Shown: in pieces, positions 8,875-17,137 of the stretch
Layout of the letters: each line of letters begins with the position of its first letter
How positions within the stretch are numbered: position 1 is the stretch's first letter
Assembly (NCBI GenBank): GCA_964565865.1
Contig: CAZMGM010000004.1
Coordinates: 1,050-65,049, forward strand
Direction: 5' to 3'
Length of the DNA: 64,000 nt
Origin: an uncultured Acidobacteriota bacterium
GTDB lineage: Bacteria > Acidobacteriota > UBA6911 > RPQK01 > CBDAPI01
Program-made: the position numbers and the translations under genes
Notes under the pieces: model-generated
Database searches by the model: none
What the model saw: the letters and a program-made list of their open reading frames with translations, nothing else
What the model was told of the DNA's origin: nothing

Positions 8875-10566
8875 TCAGTACAGAGCGATCGCTCGGCCCG
8901 GCCCACCGTGGGCCCCTCGAATCCTGGGTGAGGCGAAAAGAAAATAGGCCTTGGGTGGCACGGCTCCCACGTTGGTCACGTACTCAACGCCGACCATCCC
9001 ACGGCTCCCCAGAGCCCAGTAGGTCATGAGTGCGCTCTTGGGGTCGGCACCCCCCAGCGTCGGTCCGTCGGTGGCAACGCAGCGCATTCCCTTGTCCGCC
9101 AGATAGTGGATGGTTTCCGGTCCGGGTGCCGGCCACCCTTCACGTTTCCCGTTGAGGGGCTCCGCCATGCAGGCGCCGTCCTGAGGAAACCGCTTGAGAA
9201 AGATGTCGCTGTAGCCGCTGTGGAAGATCACAATGCTGCCCGGCTCCAGTTCCCCCGATCGTTCTTCGTACTGCCTGACGTCATCGGGTCTGATCAGGGG
9301 AGAGGCCGGCCAGTCAGACTCACTGGTGGAGCCGATCAGATGTTTCACGTCGATCACCCGTGCCCAGCCGGACATCTGGGCGAGAGGCACCTTTTCGGTG
9401 GTCACGTCGCTGTTCCCGCGTCGGCCGTAGCGCTGTTCGTACTCGGCCAGCCACTGCTGTACTTGCGGGGCATAACCTCCGTTGTCGAATCCGGCTTCAG
9501 GGAGGGTATAAGTCGGCGGGACCAGGTGCGTACCCGTGTGGCTGTCGAAGGCTCGCACGTGCTGGGGCGGGCTCAGAAGCAGCGGAAGAACGTGCTGGTA
9601 GTAAGGATGGCGCGAATTGCCAGTCCCTGCACCCGGCCACCACACCGGCAGATCTTCTGCCAGCTGCACAGACAAGTCGATCACCCTTTTCCCACGAGCT
9701 GCTGCAATGAGCCACTTGGCCAGAGGGTTTCCGACCACTGCGAAGGCCCGAATTTCAGCACCGATGCCTCCTCCGTGCTTGGGGGGCAGGTGAGCATAAA
9801 ACGCTCCGGTGGGCGGAAGACTCCCCAGATTGGTAAGTCCTTCCGCCCAGTTCATCTCGTACTTGAGCCCGGCCGCGTGGGTTTCGCGACCCAGCGGAGG
9901 CCGCACCGGTGCCATGTTGGGCCCGTCGGTCCCGGCCGTCATGACACCCCCGCTTCCCAGATAGTCCATCGCCTCCGGAAGGGGCGCGGGCCAGGCCGGT
10001 GCCTTTTCATCCACTGGATCGGCCATAAAACGGCGGCCGGCCGGCAGCGGGAGATAATACTGGTCACTGTAACCGCTCCGGAAAAGCACCACATCGCCGG
10101 GGCCCAGCGGCCGGTGCTCCTTTTCCCAGGCCAGTATGTGCTCCTTGAGAATCAGAGGGGTTTTGCCGTCGGGAGCGTTGTCCAGAAGCCGGCGCAGGTC
10201 AATGACACAGGCTTCTCCTGTGAAGTTCCAGACGGGCACTCGCTCGGGGGTGATTTGGGCTGTCTGGGCGGAAACTGGACCATGCGACGGAGAATCGAAC
10301 TGGGTACCAGTGTTTTCGTCCAGGGTAATGAGGTCACTGTTATAAGGACTGGCTGGTCCGATCTTCAGGTAGTGGTTGATGTGAAAAGGGGGAAACCCTT
10401 TGACCCAGTTGCAGGGAAATCCGGATGCCACCAGAAGGGAGAGGTCCACGAACTGGACTTTCTCCGGAGGTGTGGGAGGTGCCCCGCCTGCGGACCCTGA
10501 GCAGGTGAGCAGGGTCAGTCCGAGAATCAGTAGGCAGCTCACGGTCTTTCTAATAGTGATTTTCAC
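8875..10566 (-). CDS. lipoprotein with two tandem putative-cyclase (kynurenine-formamidase-like, PF04199-like) domains
   Basis: Signal peptide + LLTC lipobox; two homologous halves (…DVVLFRSGYSDQYY… / …SIVIFHSGYSDIFL…; HTGTH motif in the second half); function assigned by motif similarity only. Confidence 0.5.
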   Translation of the reverse strand: MKITIRKTVSCLLILGLTLLTCSGSAGGAPPTPPEKVQFVDLSLLVASGFPCNWVKGFPPFHINHYLKIGPASPYNSDLITLDENTGTQFDSPSHGPVSAQTAQITPERVPVWNFTGEACVIDLRRLLDNAPDGKTPLILKEHILAWEKEHRPLGPGDVVLFRSGYSDQYYLPLPAGRRFMADPVDEKAPAWPAPLPEAMDYLGSGGVMTAGTDGPNMAPVRPPLGRETHAAGLKYEMNWAEGLTNLGSLPPTGAFYAHLPPKHGGGIGAEIRAFAVVGNPLAKWLIAAARGKRVIDLSVQLAEDLPVWWPGAGTGNSRHPYYQHVLPLLLSPPQHVRAFDSHTGTHLVPPTYTLPEAGFDNGGYAPQVQQWLAEYEQRYGRRGNSDVTTEKVPLAQMSGWARVIDVKHLIGSTSESDWPASPLIRPDDVRQYEERSGELEPGSIVIFHSGYSDIFLKRFPQDGACMAEPLNGKREGWPAPGPETIHYLADKGMRCVATDGPTLGGADPKSALMTYWALGSRGMVGVEYVTNVGAVPPKAYFLFASPRIRGAHGGPGRAIALY

Positions 10567-10607
10567 GATGTACCCTCATAGCTCTGCCGGTTGCCGGTTT
10601 CATCAGG

Positions 10608-11666
10608 CTATCCGCTGTCCGTCCCAGGCACCGAAAGTCCCAGCGAATCTGCCAATTCTACCAGCTCCTGCCACAGCTCATCCGGGATCGGGATCCCCTG
10701 CCGCATCCGATCAGAGCGGGTTCGCAGCTCCGGATCCCCGGGGATGAGAACTTCCTCGAAACCTGGTGCCGGAGGCACGGCTCGCACCCGTCCTTCCAGG
10801 CGGTCGGCACGCTCGGCGTAGTCGGCAAAGGGCTGGAAGAGGTCCGCTCTAAAAACCATCATGGTGGCGCCAGAACGACTGAAATAAAGCCCTCCTAGAT
10901 TGCCCTGGGCGAATCGGGAGGTTCCGGTAAAGACTCGAGCCAGCCACTCTGTTGTCATCAGCAGGGCGTAGCCCTTGTGTTCTCCAAAGGGCAACTGCCC
11001 GCCTCCCTCCAGCACGTCATCCGCATTGCGGGTGGGATTTCCGTCCTTATCGACGATCCAACCTTCAGGTACTTCTTGCTTCGTGCGCTGAGCATTGACG
11101 ATCTTGACACCCGACGAGGCGGCAGTTGCAAAGTCGAAAAGCATACGAGGCTCCTGTCCGGCCGGGAAACCCATCGCTATGGGGTTGGTCCCCAGGACAG
11201 CGCTGCGGCCTCCGTGGGGGACCACGACGGGGCGGTTCTCAGCGAATCCACCTGCCCAGATCATCGAAATCATCTTTTTGGAAGCTGCCATTTCCGCATA
11301 TTCTCCAACCCGGCCGATATGGTGACTCTCCACCACACCGACCAGCGCCAGGTCGTGCGCGGCCGCTTTGGCAATAGCCTGCTCCATGGCGAACTTTGCC
11401 GCCACCTGACCGAAGGTCCAGTTTCCTCTCACGAGAGCGCTGGTGGCTGTTTCCCGCTCGATCTCGGGCGCGGCGGCGGGAGCCAGTTCGCCGGCCTGGA
11501 TGGCGGCTATGTAGCCCGGCAACTGCCACACTCCATGCGTGTCTACGCCGCTCAGATTGGCCGTGACGAAATGCTCAGCCACAATCCGGGCGTTTGTCTC
11601 GCTGGCGTTCGCTGCCACCAGCATTCCGATCACCAGTTCTCTGAGCTCATCAGCACTTTTCGTCAT
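10608..11666 (-). CDS. Ldh_2-family malate/L-lactate/sulfolactate-type dehydrogenase
   Basis: MTKSADELRELV…SHHIGRVGEYAEMA…; start at ATG 11666 with GAGGG 8 nt upstream; the ORF-track N-terminal extension to 12314 overlaps a real plus-strand gene and is rejected. Confidence 0.75.
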   Translation of the reverse strand: MTKSADELRELVIGMLVAANASETNARIVAEHFVTANLSGVDTHGVWQLPGYIAAIQAGELAPAAAPEIERETATSALVRGNWTFGQVAAKFAMEQAIAKAAAHDLALVGVVESHHIGRVGEYAEMAASKKMISMIWAGGFAENRPVVVPHGGRSAVLGTNPIAMGFPAGQEPRMLFDFATAASSGVKIVNAQRTKQEVPEGWIVDKDGNPTRNADDVLEGGGQLPFGEHKGYALLMTTEWLARVFTGTSRFAQGNLGGLYFSRSGATMMVFRADLFQPFADYAERADRLEGRVRAVPPAPGFEEVLIPGDPELRTRSDRMRQGIPIPDELWQELVELADSLGLSVPGTDSG

Positions 11667-11729
11667 TCTTTGCGCCCTCATAAGGGCTAACAGTACAATA
11701 ATCTGAGTCAGCCTAAAACCGAGGAATGT

Positions 11730-12461
11730 ATGAAAAGACAAGTTTTCGTGACCCTGGTCGTTGTTCTGGGAGTGGGAGTCACCGCCCTTGGAACCAAGAA
11801 GTTCTGGGAGGGAAAGGAGTTTTCGGCTTGGAGCAAGAAGGAGATCAAGCAGATGCTCACAAAATCTCCCTGGGCACGTACTGTGACTATACCATCGGGT
11901 GGCATACCCACCCCTAATGTCAATGTTGAGGGCGGGAGCGGCCTTCCGAAACGGGTAGCGCCTGGCTCGACGATAGGACCAACCATCATTATGACGGTTC
12001 GCTGGTGCAGTGCTTTGCCCATCAAACAAGCCCTGGCAGCCCACCGGTTCGGGAGTAAGGCGCAGGAAGATGAGGACCTGAAGCGCGAAGAAACCCACTA
12101 CACGATCGGTCTCACCGGGGCGACAGAGGCTCTGTTTAGCGGTGCTGGCTCCGAGTCCGAACCCAACCCTGATCCCTGGAAGGCTATAACAGCGCGTCTG
12201 AAGGCGGACTCCATCCTGAAGATCTCGGGTCGCGAGCCAATTCAAGCAGTCGAGATCCAGCTGCGCAACTCTCCCGATCTGGATGTCGTAGATGCCCGGG
12301 AAGGGGGAGAGCAACCGGAGATTCTGGTGATGTTCCGGCGCAGCCAGGCCATTACGCTCAAGGATAAACAGGTTGAGTTTGTCACCCGGGTGGACCGCCA
12401 GAAGGTGAAGAGGAAGTTCAAGTTGAAAGACATGGTCTACAACGGGGAACTTACCCTCTAG
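11730..12461 (+). CDS. hypothetical secreted protein
   Basis: GAGGA RBS 8 nt upstream of ATG; N-terminal signal/TM MKRQVFVTLVVVLGVGVTALG; coding-like composition; no recognisable domain. Confidence 0.6.
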   Translation: MKRQVFVTLVVVLGVGVTALGTKKFWEGKEFSAWSKKEIKQMLTKSPWARTVTIPSGGIPTPNVNVEGGSGLPKRVAPGSTIGPTIIMTVRWCSALPIKQALAAHRFGSKAQEDEDLKREETHYTIGLTGATEALFSGAGSESEPNPDPWKAITARLKADSILKISGREPIQAVEIQLRNSPDLDVVDAREGGEQPEILVMFRRSQAITLKDKQVEFVTRVDRQKVKRKFKLKDMVYNGELTL

Positions 12462-12713
12462 CCGAGTTTTACCTTCATTTATAGTTGCCTCGGAAGGTTT
12501 TCTGCAGCCTTCCTGGCTCTGGTTAGTTTCGAACGTAGTTTCCGTGGGCTGCCGGGAGCAGAATTGATCACAGGACTTTCCGTTACTCGCCCCAGCAACT
12601 AAAATGACCAGCCAGGCCCCATTCTGACAAGGGACCCCGGCTTCAACAAAAAGAAGAGAGACATCAATCTCACCCTGTCTGGTAAGCGGACTATAGTCTC
12701 GAAAGGAACGCTC

Positions 12714-13511
12714 ATGGAAAATGCTGGAAAGTTAAGAGAGAAATGGCGTCGCGGGGAGATTCCCATTGGCAGCGGGATCAGCTTCACGGATCCCGCCATA
12801 TGCGAGGCGCTGGCCAACGTCCTTGATTTTGTGTTTATCGACATGGAGCACAATGCACTCTCGCTGGAAACAGTACAGGGTCACATCATGGCAACCAAAG
12901 GAACTGATGCAGCGGCTCTGGTCCGAGTGCCCTGGAATGATCCGGTGTTGATCAAGCCGGTTCTGGACATTGGGGCGGACGGGATCTGCGTCCCCTTGAT
13001 TCGCACTGCCGCAGATGCACAACTGGCCGTGCAGGCCTGCATGTATCCGCCGGATGGGATCCGGGGGTTCGGCCCGCGCCGGCCTCTCAAGTACGGGCTC
13101 ATCCAGGATATTGACTTTTGCCGGATAGCCAACGAAACAATCCTCGTCATCGTCCAGATCGAACATATTGATGCCGTCAACAACCTGGATGAGATTCTGG
13201 CGGTTCCGGGCCTGGACGCGGTGGTTATCGGGCCTAATGATCTGTCGGGATCCATGGGTCTCATGGGACAGACAAACCACCCCGACGTGGTGTCGGCGAT
13301 TGAGACGACGGTGAACAAGTGCCGCAAGGCAGGAATCTACGTCAGCATTGGACTCGCCAACGATCCTGAATTGCTAATCAAGTGGATCGACAAGGGGATG
13401 CAGTGGCTGCTAGCAGGAGTGGACTGGGCCCTGCTGATGAAGAGTGTCCTGGCCGTCTCGACGCGCGTCAGGGAGCATGTTCAAGCTTCTGGTCCCACTG
13501 CTGAGGAATGA
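12714..13511 (+). CDS. HpcH/HpaI-family class II aldolase
   Basis: …LDFVFIDMEHNALSLETV…DIGADGICVPLIRTAADAQ…GIRGFGP…; 4-nt ATGA overlap with the downstream transporter gene. Confidence 0.8.
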   Translation: MENAGKLREKWRRGEIPIGSGISFTDPAICEALANVLDFVFIDMEHNALSLETVQGHIMATKGTDAAALVRVPWNDPVLIKPVLDIGADGICVPLIRTAADAQLAVQACMYPPDGIRGFGPRRPLKYGLIQDIDFCRIANETILVIVQIEHIDAVNNLDEILAVPGLDAVVIGPNDLSGSMGLMGQTNHPDVVSAIETTVNKCRKAGIYVSIGLANDPELLIKWIDKGMQWLLAGVDWALLMKSVLAVSTRVREHVQASGPTAEE

Positions 13512-15007
13512 AAATTACCGGTCTCCCGCCTCCCCCGGGTGCCCTGATCTCCAGGAATCCACTGCAGTGGTTCCGCTACTTTGGCCCCGGAGCCGTCATT
13601 GCTTCCGTGACCATCGGCAGCGGTGAACTCGTCTTCCCGTCCCGGGGCGGCTCGATTTTTGGATACCGGCTGTTGTGGGTCTTTCTGGTCGTAGGATTCC
13701 TTAAATGGGTGCTGGCTTATTCCAGCATGCGCCACATGGTGCTGAGCGGGTCACATCCTCTGGAGAGGTGGGTTTCGCTCCCGGGACCCCGGGGCTGGCT
13801 ACACCTGTTCCTGCTGGTGTGTTGCCTGTTCACAATGCCGCTGACCTGTGCTTTTCTGCTTGGCATCCTTGGAACCGCCTGCAGCTGGATCTTCACAGTT
13901 GGTGACTACCACTTCTGGGCCTCGATCTGCGTGGCGATCGCCGTCGTCCTCCTTCTGGTCGGGGGCTATGGCTTTCTCGAGAAGGCCCAAACTGTGATCC
14001 TGGCGCTGATGCTGGGCTGCATTCTGGTCGCCATTTTCTATCTCAGCCCTGACTGGATCGCAATTGCCAAGGGCCTGGTGCCACAGCCCCTGGGCTATGC
14101 CGACTGGTTGTTTACAACGCTACCAGAGATGAGGGGTCGTTCCATCTGGGTGGAGGTTCTTGTTTATGTGTCTGTGATCGGGGGGACGGCCACCGACTAT
14201 TTTGCGTACACGTCCTTCCTGCGAGATAAAGGGTGGGGCCGAAGCCAACTGGGACCGGCCGACAAAGAGCAGTTCGAGCTAATGGCGGATTCGAGCAATC
14301 CAGCTCCCAGGCTGTGGCTGCGCGCGCCCTTGGTTGACAGCGTCGTTAGTTTCGTCGCAGTAGTCGTGCTCTCCTGCGCTTTTTGCATTCTGGGGACCAT
14401 GGTTTTGAGGCCTCAGCACCTGGTCCCAGAAGGAATCAACCTCTTGAACTACCAGGGCGCCTTCCTGACCTCGCTGGCCCCCTGGCTCCTGCCCCTCTAT
14501 CAGGTGGGGGTGTTCATGGCGTTCTTCGGCAGTATCTACGCTTTACCAGAAATCAATTACCGGATCATTTACGAGATCTTTCACTCCGTGCCGCGCTGGC
14601 GGGGGCGGGTCCAGCAAGGCAAGTTGAGAGTCGTGGTTTACGGATTGTCGCTGGGCGGCGGACTGCTGACCCTATGGCTGACGCGGATGTATCCAGGCAT
14701 CGAGCCTCTGGACCTCTACACGCCGGTGGCAATCTTTACAGGTTTCCTGCTCACCAGCCTCTATACCCTGGCCAACCCGTGGATGGACTGGCGCTTTCTT
14801 CCCGCCCGACTACGGATGCCCGGCTGGTTGGCCGGCGCCAACATCTTCGTGGCTGTGGTCTTCCTTGTTGCCGGTCTCAAAGCGCTCTGGGACTACGGGC
14901 AAGTGGGCGCCTGTCTGACCGTTGCCGTGCCGCTGCTGTCCTGTGGTCTGCTGGTTATCCCGCTGCGCTTCCTGTTTGAGGACGAGACGCCGCCCGCCGA
15001 ATCATAA
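13508..15007 (+). CDS. NRAMP-like (MntH-related) membrane transporter with a non-canonical TM1 motif
   Basis: About 11 TM helices; TM1 GPGAVIASVTIGSGELVF resembles the NRAMP GPGxxxSxxxxDPGN block, but DPGN is replaced by GSGE. Confidence 0.6.
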   Translation: MKITGLPPPPGALISRNPLQWFRYFGPGAVIASVTIGSGELVFPSRGGSIFGYRLLWVFLVVGFLKWVLAYSSMRHMVLSGSHPLERWVSLPGPRGWLHLFLLVCCLFTMPLTCAFLLGILGTACSWIFTVGDYHFWASICVAIAVVLLLVGGYGFLEKAQTVILALMLGCILVAIFYLSPDWIAIAKGLVPQPLGYADWLFTTLPEMRGRSIWVEVLVYVSVIGGTATDYFAYTSFLRDKGWGRSQLGPADKEQFELMADSSNPAPRLWLRAPLVDSVVSFVAVVVLSCAFCILGTMVLRPQHLVPEGINLLNYQGAFLTSLAPWLLPLYQVGVFMAFFGSIYALPEINYRIIYEIFHSVPRWRGRVQQGKLRVVVYGLSLGGGLLTLWLTRMYPGIEPLDLYTPVAIFTGFLLTSLYTLANPWMDWRFLPARLRMPGWLAGANIFVAVVFLVAGLKALWDYGQVGACLTVAVPLLSCGLLVIPLRFLFEDETPPAES

Positions 15008-15038
15008 ACCGGACTCTTCCTTCAACTTTCAACCTTCT

Positions 15039-15560
15039 TCAATCTTTGTCCAGGAAAAGGAGAAAGTTGTTGCGGGTCGGCTCTCCAGTTTCCCCCGTTT
15101 TTTGAAGCACAAAAAGAATCTCTTTATTCCCTGAATCGACCGATTGGAAAACTCTCATCGTGGCTTTCCAATCACGCGGTTCATACTCGTACTGGGCCTG
15201 TCCGGTTTTACTGTAGTGGCGTTCCTCGTCGGTCCCGATCGGTATCGCTGTGGGACGGAAAAAGAGCGTCCCCACGACGGGCACGACCCACGTCTGTGAC
15301 GCCTGTTTCTGGTGCGGCAGCCCATTGACAACGGCGATAATTCGTTCTCCTCTCAGAAACACCAGTGAGTGATGTCCTTTCTCAAAGTGCAGCTCCAGGT
15401 TATAACTCCCCTTTTCGATACGGACCCCTTCTCCGGTGTACAGGTCCATGGGAAGATACAGCTGGCTCACGTGTGAAGGCTGATCCGGGACTGGTATTGG
15501 TGAAGCCAACAGAAAGCCAGACAGAAAGAGCAAGGACAAGCCTCTCATCAGCATCGTCAT
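15039..15560 (-). CDS. hypothetical secreted protein
   Basis: Signal peptide MTMLMRGLSLLFLSGFLLASP; no known domain recognised; start among three nearby ATGs is uncertain. Confidence 0.5.
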   Translation of the reverse strand: MTMLMRGLSLLFLSGFLLASPIPVPDQPSHVSQLYLPMDLYTGEGVRIEKGSYNLELHFEKGHHSLVFLRGERIIAVVNGLPHQKQASQTWVVPVVGTLFFRPTAIPIGTDEERHYSKTGQAQYEYEPRDWKATMRVFQSVDSGNKEILFVLQKTGETGEPTRNNFLLFLDKD

Positions 15561-15651
15561 CACCGGCTTATTTTGCATTCTGCGGAGTTTTGTATCTGGA
15601 CCCACGGTCCGGGTCATAACACTACACAAGAAACTTCCGCCATGCGAGCCA

Positions 15652-17106
15652 CTAGGCTCGCGTGAGTCTTTCCGATAGATCGTTCTGTCCCCCGACGTCA
15701 GTCAAACGCATGTCGCGACCCTGGGTCAAGTAGGTGAGTCTGGTGTGATCGAGCCCCAGCAGCGACAGGATGGTGGCGTGCAGATCATGGATGTGTACCC
15801 GGTCCTCAATGGCCCGCAGGCCCAGTTCATCCGTCGCTCCGATCACCTTTCCGCCCCGGATCCCCCCCCCTGCCATCCAGCAGCTGAACCCGTGTGGATT
15901 GTGGTCCCTTCCCCTGTCACCCTGGGCAACGGCCGTGCGGCCAAACTCTCCTATCCAGACCACCAGAGTACTTTCCAGCAGGCCTCGCTGTTTCAGATCC
16001 GCCAGCAGTCCGGCAATGGGTTTGTCGGTCTTCCTCGCGTTAGAAACGTGATTTTCATCGCACTTGGCGTGTCCGTCCCAGCTTCCCTTGTAGAGCTGTA
16101 CAAAACGAACACCCCGTTCGACCATGCGCCGTGATAGTAGACAGATCCGACCGAACTCAGAAGTTTTTTCGTCGTTCAGGCCGTACATGCTTCGAATGGA
16201 CTCGGTCTCGCTGGCGAGGTCCGTCAATTCGGGGGCTTCCGTCTGCATTCGGAAGGCCAGTTCGTAATTCGAAATGCTGGCAGCCAGGCGGCTGTCATCC
16301 TGCCGCTCTTCCAGATGGCGGCGGTTCCATGACTGGAGCTGCTTCAGGATCCTATGTTGTTTGTTGGGACTGATCTGAGACGGAGGCTCCAGGTTTTGAA
16401 AGGGGGCTCCCTCGTTGTAGGCTCGCGTGGCCTGGTAGACCGCGGGCAAAAACCCCGAGCCGTGCAGGGATGCATCACTGGACGTGGCGGTCCCTTCTGC
16501 CATGGAGATAAAGCCTGGAAAATTCGCATTTTCGCTTCCCAGCCCGTAAGTGACCCAGGAACCCAGGGACGGGTGCCCCAGTCGAACCGACCCGGTGAAG
16601 AGCCTGCTGATAGAGGGACCGTGAATGAGAGAATCGTGATAGCAGGAGCGGACCACCGCCAGTTCATCGGCGTGTTGGCCCACGTTCTCGAAAAGATCCG
16701 AGATCTCGATCCCGGATTCGCCGTAGCGCTGGAACGTTCGGGGCGAGCCCATCAACTTCGCTTCGTGAGCCTTGACGAACTGCAGGTTCAGATCCTCAGG
16801 CCGGAAGCTGGGCGGCAAATACTGCCCGTCCAGGCGATTCAATTCGGGCTTGGGATCGAAGGTATCGAGGTGTGAAGGACCGCCCTGCATGAACATGAAG
16901 ATGACGTTCTTTGCCCTGGCCGGAAAATGTGGCGTCCGGGGTGCGAGAGGTCCATCCGTCACTGCTCCCCCCAAAGCCCTGCCGAAAGTGGCTTCCTCGG
17001 CCAGCAGGCATCCCAGGGCCACAGCTCCAAAGCCGAAGCCGGATCTAGCCAGGAATTCCCGCCTGGAACTCACCGTTTCATTCAGGTTACAGCACTCAAA
17101 GTTCAT
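15652..17106 (-). CDS. DUF1501-family protein (sulfatase/alkaline-phosphatase-like fold) with Tat signal
   Basis: RREFLARSGFGFGAVAL twin-arginine N-terminus; characteristic DUF1501 sequence; partner of the downstream PSCyt/DUF1549/DUF1553 protein. Confidence 0.8.
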   Translation of the reverse strand: MNFECCNLNETVSSRREFLARSGFGFGAVALGCLLAEEATFGRALGGAVTDGPLAPRTPHFPARAKNVIFMFMQGGPSHLDTFDPKPELNRLDGQYLPPSFRPEDLNLQFVKAHEAKLMGSPRTFQRYGESGIEISDLFENVGQHADELAVVRSCYHDSLIHGPSISRLFTGSVRLGHPSLGSWVTYGLGSENANFPGFISMAEGTATSSDASLHGSGFLPAVYQATRAYNEGAPFQNLEPPSQISPNKQHRILKQLQSWNRRHLEERQDDSRLAASISNYELAFRMQTEAPELTDLASETESIRSMYGLNDEKTSEFGRICLLSRRMVERGVRFVQLYKGSWDGHAKCDENHVSNARKTDKPIAGLLADLKQRGLLESTLVVWIGEFGRTAVAQGDRGRDHNPHGFSCWMAGGGIRGGKVIGATDELGLRAIEDRVHIHDLHATILSLLGLDHTRLTYLTQGRDMRLTDVGGQNDLSERLTRA

Positions 17107-17137
17107 AATAGATGTCCTTCTAATCAGTAGAGGCTCT

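Noticed and set aside
9106-10500. 464-aa plus-strand ORF
   Set aside because: It is entirely antisense to the well-supported cyclase-family lipoprotein gene. Its composition is Arg/Pro/Gly-rich, typical of the wrong frame in high-GC DNA, and it matches no family.
12242-12314. longest-ORF starts for the Ldh_2, PckA, SBP, 2-hydroxyacid-DH, GrpE, RsmE, M28 and CimA genes as given in the six-frame track
   Set aside because: Homology to the family N-termini and RBS positions support internal starts. The track evidently extends ORFs to the most upstream ATG/GTG/TTG.
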